Source: Minisyncoccota bacterium
GTDB taxonomy: Bacteria > Patescibacteriota > Minisyncoccia > JAHIHE01 > JAGLIN01
Direction: 5' to 3'
NCBI GenBank assembly: GCA_041661265.1
Contig: JBAZUT010000001.1
Coordinates: 197,310 to 261,309 of the forward strand
DNA: 64,000 nucleotides
The notes under the pieces were generated by a model. The model saw only the letters and a program-made list of their open reading frames with translations, was not told the DNA's origin and made no database searches. Below are positions 49,401 through 56,887 of the stretch, piece by piece. Both the position numbers and the translations under genes were made by a program. Within the stretch, counting starts at the first letter, position 1. Each line of letters begins with the position of its first letter.

Positions 49401-49902
49401 TAATTTCCGACTCTTCATTGGTCTCGGAATCTTTTTTGGGGAATACGGTCAAAACCTTCGGATCATCCACGACCAGGAAATCGCTTCCTATCGTTTTTCC
49501 GTCTATCTTCATCAGAACCGAATAATACCTCCCGAGCCTCATTTCGGATCTTTCCGGACTGAATACGATCTTATCGGGGCTTCCGCTCTCGATCCAAATT
49601 CCTTTCACCGCCGGAAATATTTCGACGCTTTTTTGCGCCTCTTCCTTCGTAACTTTCAGATTCGGCGGAAGGTTAATGGCAATATTCGCGCTCTGGGATA
49701 TCTTGTCGCTGGTCAAAGCGAATATATTGGCATACTCCACTTTGGGAATAGAATAACCCGATTCCGGTTTTCCGCGCAACAAAAAAAGCGCTCCGGCGAT
49801 CGTGATGACAAACAGCGCCATCAGGATCGCAAAAGCCCTTTTCCTGCTTTTATTTTTTCCTGATAAAAAACTTTTAAAACCTGCGAACAAATCAATGTTC
49901 AT
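43453..49902 (-). CDS. alpha-2-macroglobulin family protein (2149 aa) with N-terminal membrane anchor and thioester motif
   Basis: GYPYGCSEQ (CxEQ thioester). Many beta-rich MG-like repeats. TED-like helical region (AWGSTNNTLSVIDAF). N-terminal TM. Confidence 0.75.
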   Translation of the reverse strand: MNIDLFAGFKSFLSGKNKSRKRAFAILMALFVITIAGALFLLRGKPESGYSIPKVEYANIFALTSDKISQSANIAINLPPNLKVTKEEAQKSVEIFPAVKGIWIESGSPDKIVFSPERSEMRLGRYYSVLMKIDGKTIGSDFLVVDDPKVLTVFPKKDSETNEESEITVMFNRPMVPITTLDVLESFDIPIEITPKTEGKFKWIGTRTLQFIPTERLVRSSNYDVKVRPEFYSLDGLNIEGFESQFKTRVLRYNGISEGITVYSDPVSIDFNQPVDLARTAAEIKVMDLTDNKEAEFIAEYGYDNVYNKETKKYDRVINQSRVFVYNKFDQFGREKLWDFKNSYRVSIARAYPQEGDINLEEPREAVIQVTDIISGISATSDRSSFTTPTFFDSQGKLWIEFYEDIDLTNSVIDADKKISMNYGEKCKEDADQALADSGQDCEKETDLKKIYFTFDSANIKNYDVLKIYLNAVKNTSGLVLNNSPIIEDINVIPDLRVLSTVPGDWANGTSLNEFVICANSPINSVSAADAASYLNISPEYEFRNWQNPVLVPEQNWGYYICKAGEFETRIGYRLMPETDYSVEIKAVDNFSRETVVKRNFKTGPIPEDYLNFFHYQQNHNVTTPDKTKLTYAVENMDYVDMNICEISAETILDHMSGHGLNYTSPTPGSICDDSINKKITLPKKYWIKNYFKIDLGDYVSDPMGHYILTFSNPKYRERWGENRMVYERTYLSVTNMGIVEKKVEVDSGNYYSNSDLTDDQKKGLKNVYWVTDMKTLGAIEGANIQLYSQINNLALKKESSFVTNGQGIAEMGAVSNLSGAIVTKGSDSTVITGTSSYDKFQYGSTAMQSQKIYMYTDRPIYKPLDEVNIKGLYRLGYDANYEIIKDSKMPFKIYNSKGEEIFNQDLDVNDFGTFNTKIILDEKSPLGTYRMDAKGSSAFFDVEEYVPAPFKVDVISDKEEYVSKDTMNLNIDASYYFGAPLEGGEVEYELASQDYYFDRYQDEYFNFGMPWYYCYWDCSYGNKFILRSKASLDQAGKAKISYNLDLEKIFKDEKNTKSKIIVAYITVKNRNGQSVSSQKSFIVHKGDFYLGISASDYFVGKNQRFDVKVKSVDTMGKNVQIGGVKLKVSKVEWVQNKRQEVDGGYYNNWERKLTSVSEQEIGTDQNGNWKDSLSLAEEGEYELTVSGQDAKGNSIESNYNMYVYGEAQVDVRVSNDNALEMITAKNSLKVGDQGEIVIKSPYERAKVLISIERGKIFDYKIIDVNQNLFDYKFDILPEYIPNFFVTAILISPDPEVRFAKLDFQVDTEKKELDISAKTNKTEYLPGEEVTIDFESKDFEGRPAETEFSVSVADLSVLALKGNPKKNPVVFFYGGFPLTISTSSSMKDILYEVNVPGETKGGGGGEPEDLAKKKRGEFKDTAFWQAVVVTDADGKAQVKFKLPDNLTSWQVESIGITKDTKLGVGYSEFTSRKDLMVVPLKPRFAIPGDEFMIGAKIFNQTNNALDLSVSFSSETLALKNDQSVKDITLAAKESNTIYFNVAASSDKQDGTHTFTLAAKSKDYEDTVENTIKVARNETYEATATSGYSKDPEVFEFSYLPDNVVKDRGEMTIKTSATLAVFISDALNYLLGYPYGCSEQVASKLDSIAVVKRGLNLKNIGDKFNLKNIEFDQREYTVDEVVDIGLSRLYLNQKGDGSFGYYPDSLPNVYLTLHVASTIKSLKDAGYAVNEDSLRRSFNYINNKVSYDTDLQKDRDFMILAFGTLTKLSDYGKISDNLTSYIKAINNDDKYLNEEISNTSLVTLASILVENEAAFGKNYKAKVFNILENRIDIDSRGAFLPPAKNVTWQYYATPIKDTAMLLKVLVEDKKDNEILDRLMRWLLRSRSKDGAWGSTNNTLSVIDAFTDYINWQKENESNFDLTILLDGVEKQSFGYTPETVLSQNSLEVPVGEMKFGSIGSILFRKKDNNELNNNFYYDISLKYFLPINQIPPRDEGFTIERDFFAIDDKKNENPIKEAKVGDVLRGHIKLLVPAQRNFVSVEDFIPAGTELVNFNLATEDQSLIAEDGNNNRDNYWWDYYNDGKLHPDMVEYRNDRLFLFTEGLSEGEYEYDYYVRVLVPGKFHHLPAVVSEMYFPENFGRTRGDYFEIK

Positions 49903-50103
49903 ATGTTTATTTTAGGGTGTTTATATATATTTATTATACAATAAATCCCCTGAATTGATAAGTTTTCAATGTGGACAAAACTTTGATATTTTTTCCATGG
50001 AACGACTATCCGGATCATAATTTTTGATATTTAGATATAATATGTTAAATTATTTATGTGGACACTGTATCAACGTCTCAGATAATTCTTAATATAAGAA
50101 TTC

Positions 50104-50712
50104 ATGCCAAAGAATATAGAACTTGAGATCAGGGCCATTGTCGAAAAGAAAGATTTCGGCGAGAGGCTGAAAAAACTTAAAGGCCGAGGAAAACTGGCTT
50201 CCAAGACGAACAGGCTGACAGTCGCCTTTTATGGAACATGCGAAAAAAATAATTTTGCCATAAGCATCAGGGTCACTGACGGAAAATCGGAAGTGGTCAT
50301 AAAAAAGGGAGACTTCCACACTCACAACCGCACAGAATATTCCCAAAAGATCCCAAATGGCAGATTCATTGAAATGGTCAGGATATTCTCTCAGCTTGAT
50401 TTCTATGGAAAAGTGTTCGAAAGGACCACATATAACTATCGGTTTCCGGGAAATATCACGGTTTCGCTCGTGACGGTCAGCGATTATTCCTATATCGAGA
50501 TCGAAAAAATGACGGACAGAAAAAATGAAAAGAAAGTTAAACTGGAACTCATGAAAGTTGCCGGTGGACTCGGGCTTAAGATAATAAAGACAAAGAAAGC
50601 ATATTACGACTATTGCGATATGCTCACGGAAAAAGTAGATTGGAGATTCTTCGGAACGAAAAAGGATTTTGCGAAATTGGAACGGATTTTGAGACAAAAG
50701 GTGGCTAAATAA
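50104..50712 (+). CDS. CYTH-domain protein (class IV adenylate cyclase / triphosphatase-like)
   Basis: N-terminal ELEIRAIV (ExExK/R signature of CYTH). Beta-barrel-like alternation. 202 aa. Confidence 0.45.
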   Translation: MPKNIELEIRAIVEKKDFGERLKKLKGRGKLASKTNRLTVAFYGTCEKNNFAISIRVTDGKSEVVIKKGDFHTHNRTEYSQKIPNGRFIEMVRIFSQLDFYGKVFERTTYNYRFPGNITVSLVTVSDYSYIEIEKMTDRKNEKKVKLELMKVAGGLGLKIIKTKKAYYDYCDMLTEKVDWRFFGTKKDFAKLERILRQKVAK

Positions 50713-51030
50713 ATTCTTTTTTGAGTAGCGTGAAATATTTAACTCCTTCCTATTTACTGGAGGCTAGGTAGTGTACAAATCGCAGTCAACTGCTCTGGGT
50801 GTCCGAACACAAACAACGCAAAAAGTTATTGCCGCACATCCTTAAAACAAGATCAGGATTAAATTCAACTTTTATGCCCATAGCTGTTATTTAGTGATTG
50901 ATGAATTTGAGTAAATGCACACCTGCCTTTCTCTCCCCTTTTGTAATCAAAGGGGGAGAAAAAAGAGATAATTTTAATTCCACCCTTCAAAAGATAAAAA
51001 CCGCTCGATCAAGCAGTTTCGTGATAGATA

Positions 51031-51639
51031 CTATGATAAGTTCTTGAATAACCCATTAAGCTCTTTCTCTGAATATCTTAGATAGTATTCGAAACATTCC
51101 TCCTCGCTTGTCGAATTTACCGGTTTCGCATTCCCGCATAATCCGAATATATCATTCAGCGGATACTTCCCTTCAATCCTTTTTACAGCCTGTGAACTGC
51201 CAAGAAACCTGAATGGTATCTTGGTTATACAAGTTCTGCTTTTTTTAGGACTCAGAACATTCAAAGCGAATGCCCTGGCAAGTTGAACGGTATCCCCGAC
51301 CGAAATCAATTTTCCCGAAAGGATCGAGCCTGTCAGTTCCTTGGAATGACTGCTCGCCCTTTTCTTTCCGGGAAGAATCAATCCGTCATCAATTCCAAGA
51401 ACCGCAATTATATTTGGGATTTTCTTTTTTATGACGATCTTTTCAAAAAAGTCCGCTTTCTGTTTTGCCCTATTGACGATCGTCCCCTTCTCCTTCACAT
51501 CTTCGATGACATTAAGATCATATAGACTAGAATATTTATATTTATTCAATCCGAGCCGAGTTAATATTCCCGACACGATTTCGAATTTATCCCTATTCCT
51601 TGTCGCGATCAATATGGTTTTATGTTTTTCCATATCCAA
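51031..51639 (-). CDS. Ham1/RdgB-like non-canonical purine NTP pyrophosphatase (divergent)
   Basis: ILIATRNRDKFEIV aligns with RdgB VVLATGNVGKVREL. IDDGLIL aligns with ADDSGL. FGLCGNAKP aligns with FGYDPIF. 202 aa. Confidence 0.45.
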   Translation of the reverse strand: MDMEKHKTILIATRNRDKFEIVSGILTRLGLNKYKYSSLYDLNVIEDVKEKGTIVNRAKQKADFFEKIVIKKKIPNIIAVLGIDDGLILPGKKRASSHSKELTGSILSGKLISVGDTVQLARAFALNVLSPKKSRTCITKIPFRFLGSSQAVKRIEGKYPLNDIFGLCGNAKPVNSTSEEECFEYYLRYSEKELNGLFKNLS

Positions 51640-52030
51640 ATATTTTATCTATAAACTTCTCATCTTTGATTATTTTTTTGGACTTTATGTCCTCTTTTGA
51701 AAACCAGTGTATCTCGTGCTTTTCTGGCGAAGAAATAACTGGTTTTTCGTCCAATCCTTGGATGTAATTAAGAAAAACGCTGTGGCGCTTTTTATTTTTT
51801 GATATATAGTTCCAGACACTGAACAATTCGGGTTCTCCCTCGGGAGAATAAGCAAGCTCTTCCTCGAGCTCCCTTTTCAATGCCTCGAAGATCGATTCTC
51901 CCCACTCCATCCTTCCTCCCGGAAAATCAAACACTCCGTCGCCATGCTTCAGCATCAATATTTCATCTTTGCATTTAAATATGATCTTCACCGTAACATT
52001 TGGGTATTTTTTCATAGATGGCTTTATCAA
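51620..52030 (-). CDS. NUDIX hydrolase
   Basis: Nudix box GGRMEWGESIFEALKRELEEELA. 136 aa. Confidence 0.7.
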   Translation of the reverse strand: MIKPSMKKYPNVTVKIIFKCKDEILMLKHGDGVFDFPGGRMEWGESIFEALKRELEEELAYSPEGEPELFSVWNYISKNKKRHSVFLNYIQGLDEKPVISSPEKHEIHWFSKEDIKSKKIIKDEKFIDKIFGYGKT

Positions 52031-52043
52031 ATTTTTTTACCGC

Positions 52044-52376
52044 TTATCTGATTATTTCAATTTTAATATACTGCTCCTGAAATCTGGTTTTTGAAATTAT
52101 TTCTCCGTCTGTAATATTTTCCAGTTCTTCCGGTATAACGATCAGCTTATCGTCATCATCGTTGAGACGGTGAATTATCGCTATGCATTTTCCTTCGAAT
52201 TCTTTCACAGGTTCATCAACCCCAATGACATAAACATCCAGTTCTTCTCCATCTCCACTTATCGTATCCGGAATAAATCCATAATTCAACTCATATCTGA
52301 AACCATGCTTCGGATGCAAACTGTCCAACGGTCTGCCTATAACAACTTTAACGATGGTGTTCAAGTATTTTTTCAT
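52044..52376 (-). CDS. inorganic pyrophosphatase-family protein, N-terminally truncated (110 aa)
   Basis: YELNYGFIPDT (YP.NYGFIP.T), DGEELDVYV (DGDPLDVLV), IAIIHRLNDDDDKLIVIP (L.M.DE..D.K..AVP). Lacks about 60 N-terminal residues of family I PPases. Confidence 0.5.
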   Translation of the reverse strand: MKKYLNTIVKVVIGRPLDSLHPKHGFRYELNYGFIPDTISGDGEELDVYVIGVDEPVKEFEGKCIAIIHRLNDDDDKLIVIPEELENITDGEIISKTRFQEQYIKIEIIR

Positions 52377-52385
52377 ATTCTTGAA

Positions 52386-52901
52386 TTACTCCAGACCTTT
52401 AAAAAACGGCAGACTCGCTTTTATCAATGGATAGCTCACTATCGATAATTTTTCGATCTGGTCGATCGTGAACAATCCCCGCTCAAAACACTCCTCGGCG
52501 GAACATTCGCAAGGCTCGCTGTCGGATATCGCAATGAAATGAGGATTATAGCTGATTGGAAACGGATACTCAAAGTTCCTGTCATTTTTAACTTTTTTCT
52601 TCGATGTGATCTTTCTGTATCCGAAAAGCTTGTATCGGTCCGCCGTGAATCCCCCCTCCTCAAGAGCTTCCCGCTTAAACGTTTCCTCAATGGTCTCACC
52701 TTTCTCAATGTGGCCTCCGAGAATTTCCCAGCCCCTATGATTTCTTGTAAGCACGATCTTGCCTTTATACATCGCAATACAGCATGCTGCGGGACAAAGC
52801 TCTGCCGGCGGCATATTTTCAGATAAATAAAACTCCCAGGAAGTGTTGTCATTCCAGCTTCCGGACAGGATCTTCTTTTCAATGTTTGGCTTGATTATCA
52901 T
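52386..52901 (-). CDS. NUDIX hydrolase
   Basis: Nudix box GGHIEKGETIEETFKREALEEGG. 171 aa. Confidence 0.7.
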   Translation of the reverse strand: MIIKPNIEKKILSGSWNDNTSWEFYLSENMPPAELCPAACCIAMYKGKIVLTRNHRGWEILGGHIEKGETIEETFKREALEEGGFTADRYKLFGYRKITSKKKVKNDRNFEYPFPISYNPHFIAISDSEPCECSAEECFERGLFTIDQIEKLSIVSYPLIKASLPFFKGLE

Positions 52902-53087
52902 ATATATTCAGAATATTCTTATATTAATATTATATCTTAATCCAAACAGTTTGATAAATCCATCGCATTGACGCTTTTTTATAAGGAGCTTAGCTTCCTT
53001 CAGGAAGCTAAGCTCCTTGTACTCAAAATTCTGCGCTTAATTCTTCGAAGAATCTTACGTTTTTAAAGAGTCTCTGCAGAGGTTTGT

Positions 53088-53408
53088 CTAGGCGAAAAGA
53101 CTCAATGGCCAACCGAACATAAAGCTTGATAACAGCCAGAGCCCGAATGCGATCAGGGAGATATCATTGGCATTTTTGGCTTTGACCGGAAAACTTTTTT
53201 TCCAGCCATAATAGAAAATAATTCCCGCCCACAGAGGATTCATTATCGCAAATGCATAGGCTTTCTTTTTTTCATCGCTCGTCAGTGGGTCTTGCGACAC
53301 CTGCCCAGCTTGCAATTTGACTTTTGTCTTTTTCATCAGGCCATACGAACCGACGATCGAGGTCAGGCCGCCTGCGATCATTATAAGATCAAGTATCGGA
53401 CTATTCAT
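53088..53408 (-). CDS. small membrane protein (106 aa)
   Basis: Three hydrophobic helices. Confidence 0.4.
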   Translation of the reverse strand: MNSPILDLIMIAGGLTSIVGSYGLMKKTKVKLQAGQVSQDPLTSDEKKKAYAFAIMNPLWAGIIFYYGWKKSFPVKAKNANDISLIAFGLWLLSSFMFGWPLSLFA

Positions 53409-53667
53409 TTAATATATTTAAATTTTAATAAAAACATCTTCGACCTTTATATATAACCCATATCTATGCTTAGGATTTTTCATCTTTATTATACCACTGA
53501 TCGTTCGTTTTTATAAAAGATATTCAGGAGCCGATGATTTTATCCAAATATTCCCCTCTTGAGAGCCTGCCTGCTCGCCTCGCTGTCAGCCTTAGGCGAA
53601 GCGGGCCGATATGCAGGGGATAAGAAATGTATAATACAAAATTACGCTAATCCAACACACCTCTAAA

Positions 53668-53691
53668 TCTCCTCTCAAGAGGAGACTTTTT
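53668..53691 (+). terminator. orphan plus-strand intrinsic terminator (TCTCCTCT-CAAG-AGGAGA + T-run)
   Basis: Perfect 7-8 bp stem then CTTTTT. No annotated plus-strand gene upstream, which implies a small transcript. Confidence 0.45.
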
Positions 53692-53762
53692 AAAATTAGA
53701 TAAAAATCAGCAGACCTCATCTATAAAAAAATACCGCCTTGATTTCGCGGTTTTTGATTGTT

Positions 53763-54050
53763 TTATAATACCAGTGGAGAAAGCCTGTCCCTCACGACAT
53801 CCTGATGCAGGAACTCGGGAAGCGCGACACCGTTGACCACGGTGAAGATCGTCGCGCATTCATCCATAGTCTGCGGATTTGTAAGGTCCAGAAGCCTCAG
53901 GCATTCTTTTCCAAACTCGACTGCCTTGATGCTGTTTCCATTTCTCTTGGACTTCATGGCGATCACATAGGCCAATTCAGCTGCTTTCTTGGGGTTTTTG
54001 TCTTTCATTTTGTTATATCTTTTTTCGATCTGTCTGAGTCTCAATTCCAA
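53763..54050 (-). CDS. hypothetical protein (95 aa)
   Basis: ORF with no motif recognised. Confidence 0.4.
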   Translation of the reverse strand: MELRLRQIEKRYNKMKDKNPKKAAELAYVIAMKSKRNGNSIKAVEFGKECLRLLDLTNPQTMDECATIFTVVNGVALPEFLHQDVVRDRLSPLVL

Positions 54051-54128
54051 TGCCTCCTTTCTGTTTCCGATTCTTTATATAAATCTAGCAGAACCAAAGA
54101 CATTGTCAATAAAAAAAGAGATAATCTT

Positions 54129-54437
54129 TCAGGTGTTCCCGAATTTATTATCTCCGCGTCTGTTTTCTTTATATTCTTTTATCTTGGCTCTTATCCTCCG
54201 GATATTATTTTCCCCCGCTTTTATATTTTCGGACGTATCCGAATGTCTTCTCCGGCTTTCGAGGGACATCTTTTCCCACTTCAAGGCCAGATCGAGATCG
54301 CTCAGCTCCATATTCTCGAACCTTTCTTTTCCGGACCATTCTTCATATATTTCGGACATTCTGTGATAGGCGTCAGCAAGTTTTATACTCGCCGCATTAT
54401 ACGCTTCGTTCACCGGATCGATCTTCTTTCTCATCAA
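54129..54437 (-). CDS. hypothetical protein (102 aa)
   Basis: Charged ORF with no motif recognised. Confidence 0.4.
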   Translation of the reverse strand: MMRKKIDPVNEAYNAASIKLADAYHRMSEIYEEWSGKERFENMELSDLDLALKWEKMSLESRRRHSDTSENIKAGENNIRRIRAKIKEYKENRRGDNKFGNT

Positions 54438-54654
54438 TAATCACTTCCTTTTTTTGTTTATAGTATAATCGATATTTTGCCGGCTGTTAATATCAATGGA
54501 CCCATTTCCATACAACTACAAAAAAAACGGCCGGATGCCGATTGTTCGGAATATCACCGCCTTGATCTTTCAGTCATATCGATCTAACGAAGATAATTGA
54601 CATTTTAATTTATATATACTATTCTTGTGGTTATCGTCAGGGAGGCAGAAATTA

Positions 54655-55068
54655 ATGGAGAACATAGAAGAATTGGAAATTCCAACTTGCATTCCAACTT
54701 TGGGAACAAAAAAAACCAGAAGGCTTAAGCGGCTTATAGAAAGAGCAAGGCATCTGAAACAAATGATCAAGTTTGGCCATGGAAGCGCAGGCAGTTTGGG
54801 CTATTACGAAGGAGAACTCGTGGCTCTCAGGTGGGTAATAGGATATATTCTCATCAAAGAGAACGTACTTGATGCGGAAGAAATGGGAACAAAAAAGGGA
54901 AAGAGACTTAAGCGGCTTAAGAGAAGGGCGAAATACTTGGAGCTAAAGATAGAGCATAATAGAGGAAGCGAAAACAGTTTGCGCTATGGCAGAGGAGAAC
55001 TTTCAGCTCTAAAGTGGGCAATTGAATATGTCTATACAAAAGAAAGCACGATTAGCGCAAGAGAATAA
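54655..55068 (+). CDS. hypothetical protein with two tandem copies of an unrecognised basic module of about 55 aa
   Basis: RBS GGGAGG then ATG (MENIEE). Repeat 1 LGTKKTRRLKRL..RA..L......GS..SL.Y..GEL.AL.W.I.Y. Repeat 2 MGTKKGKRLKRL..RA..L......GS..SL.Y..GEL.AL.W.I.Y. Confidence 0.45.
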   Translation: MENIEELEIPTCIPTLGTKKTRRLKRLIERARHLKQMIKFGHGSAGSLGYYEGELVALRWVIGYILIKENVLDAEEMGTKKGKRLKRLKRRAKYLELKIEHNRGSENSLRYGRGELSALKWAIEYVYTKESTISARE

Positions 55069-55163
55069 AACAGATCCATAATAACATATCAGTTAATAAG
55101 GCCGGCCTTTCGAGAAGGCCTTTTTTTAATATTTCAAAAACCTCAGCACCCTTCCCAGGACTG

Positions 55164-56069
55164 CTATCTCTTAAAAATAAAAAGTTCGATATATCCGAGG
55201 TTATCCAAAAGTTCCGTTCTTATCTTTCCCTTAAAACCAGGATCGATGAGCGGCGAGATCAAGTGCCTTTTCCCACCGTCATAAGAACCTGTGTTAATGA
55301 CACCGCAGACATTTTCCCCAAGCTCCACCCTTGGAGTTTCCCCTAGATAGAAATCGGAGTCATCTTCTTCCGGCACAGGTTTCAGGGCGTCCTCAAGGTC
55401 TTTCCTGCTTCCTATGTTAAGCGGCTTATCATCCTTCGGAATATGCAGTTTCTTTTTCATGGGGAAAACTATCATTATGTCCTTCATGCTCTCCCGGAAC
55501 TTTTCGTTCTTCATGTTCAACTGGATCAATTCATCATTTTCGGAATCATAATCAGCACCGGCGATGAACCAATCCTTTCCCTCCTCCCCTTCAATCTTAA
55601 TATCGCTCAAAACCGCATCCCGCAATTCCTTTCCCCTGAGCCTGTTCTTTTCGTTCGTCCAGAAAAAACGCGTCGCCTCCCCTTCAAACTCGATCGCACG
55701 ATCTCCATGATTTTCGATCATAACAGGGAACGGCACTTCCTCACCCTTATTTATCCTCTCAATGTCATCCTGAGTAACCCTGTCATAATCTATCCTGATC
55801 TCGATTCCCGACTGCGCCAGCCGGCTCCTTGTGGAAAGGCTCAATCTCCGGAGCACGCCCCAATCCGCTTCAACGGGAGGAAAGTTCTCCTTAGTCAGAA
55901 TAACCTCCGAGAAGATCAGGCTCTTTGGCTCGACCAGCTGCTTTTCCCTCATCGGAATATCCCGTCCGCTCCAAAAACCGGGAATTCCTTCCTTGAGCTT
56001 TTCGTATCCCTTTTCGGACATGACAGCCTGCCTTGCCATCTTTTCAAATTGTTCGCTTTCAAGTGACAT
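55164..56069 (-). CDS. protein with C-terminal dCTP deaminase/dUTPase-like beta-barrel motif and unassigned N-terminal 240 aa
   Basis: C-terminus FYLGETPRVELGENVCGVINTGSYDGGKRHLISPLIDPGFKGKIRTELLDN aligns with Dcd FYLHPGE...GRSSLARLGL..IDPGWSG.IVLEF. Confidence 0.45.
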   Translation of the reverse strand: MSLESEQFEKMARQAVMSEKGYEKLKEGIPGFWSGRDIPMREKQLVEPKSLIFSEVILTKENFPPVEADWGVLRRLSLSTRSRLAQSGIEIRIDYDRVTQDDIERINKGEEVPFPVMIENHGDRAIEFEGEATRFFWTNEKNRLRGKELRDAVLSDIKIEGEEGKDWFIAGADYDSENDELIQLNMKNEKFRESMKDIMIVFPMKKKLHIPKDDKPLNIGSRKDLEDALKPVPEEDDSDFYLGETPRVELGENVCGVINTGSYDGGKRHLISPLIDPGFKGKIRTELLDNLGYIELFIFKR

Positions 56070-56091
56070 ATCAAGTGATTATTGTAACACT

Positions 56092-56748
56092 CTAATTAAA
56101 ATTCATAATCGATCTTTCGTCAAAGTCCAAAAGAGAATCGATGACAAGATCCGCTTTTTCCATGGCACTATCCCCTTCAACTCCTGCCGACGGTACTGCA
56201 ACGCATCTCATGCCTGCCGATTTTGCAGAGATCACGCCATTAGGAGAATCTTCAAACGCAACGCAGCTTCCAGCCGATATCCCGAGTTTTTTTGACGCTC
56301 CGATATAGACCGCAGGATCCGGCTTTCCGAAAAGTTCGTCTTGCGCCGAATGGACCACTCTTATGTACGGCGCTATCAGAGTCCTTTCCAAAACCGAATT
56401 TATTATGTCTATCGGCGAAGATGAAGCAATGGCCATCGGCATATCCATTTTCCTGAACGTCTCAAGAACTTCCCTGGCACCCGGCATCAGTTCTCCTTCC
56501 CTTTTTATCATCAATATAACTCTCCTGATGATATCCAACTCAACTTCTTTCTTGCTGGGACCGCTCCAAGGATAGCGTTTGAACCAATATTCCACAAGCG
56601 CATCGATCCTCACCCCCATGGTCTCGCTGGTGATCTCCTTCTTCACCGGAATTCCGATCTTTTCAAGAGCTCCTTTTTCCGCTTCGCGCCAAAAAGGCTC
56701 GCTGTCGATGAGAAGCCCGTCCATGTCGAATATGACCGCTTTTATCAT
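56092..56748 (-). CDS. HAD-IA hydrolase (beta-phosphoglucomutase-like)
   Basis: Motif I VIFDMDGLLIDSE. Cap domain. Motif IV GDS.ND equivalent (FEDSPNGV). 218 aa. Confidence 0.7.
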   Translation of the reverse strand: MIKAVIFDMDGLLIDSEPFWREAEKGALEKIGIPVKKEITSETMGVRIDALVEYWFKRYPWSGPSKKEVELDIIRRVILMIKREGELMPGAREVLETFRKMDMPMAIASSSPIDIINSVLERTLIAPYIRVVHSAQDELFGKPDPAVYIGASKKLGISAGSCVAFEDSPNGVISAKSAGMRCVAVPSAGVEGDSAMEKADLVIDSLLDFDERSIMNFN

Positions 56749-56887
56749 ATGTTATTTTATCTGTTATAATGATCTTCACAAAAAAAGCATCGTTCAAAAA
56801 ATGCTCTTTGGGATAAATTTTCAACATTATTTTGCTATACGCAAGAAACTTCCGTCCAACAGGCCTTCTTTTTCGTACCGCACAGCC

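Noticed and set aside
37442-49902. Canonical A2M-PbpC operon
   Set aside because: The PBP and A2M genes are on opposite strands and separated by two unrelated genes. Only neighbourhood association can be claimed.
53555-53625. Possible SRP (4.5S) RNA, based on a GUCAG...GAAGC resemblance
   Set aside because: The putative apical loop would be UUAG, not a GNRA tetraloop, and the flanking conserved AGCAGCC is absent.
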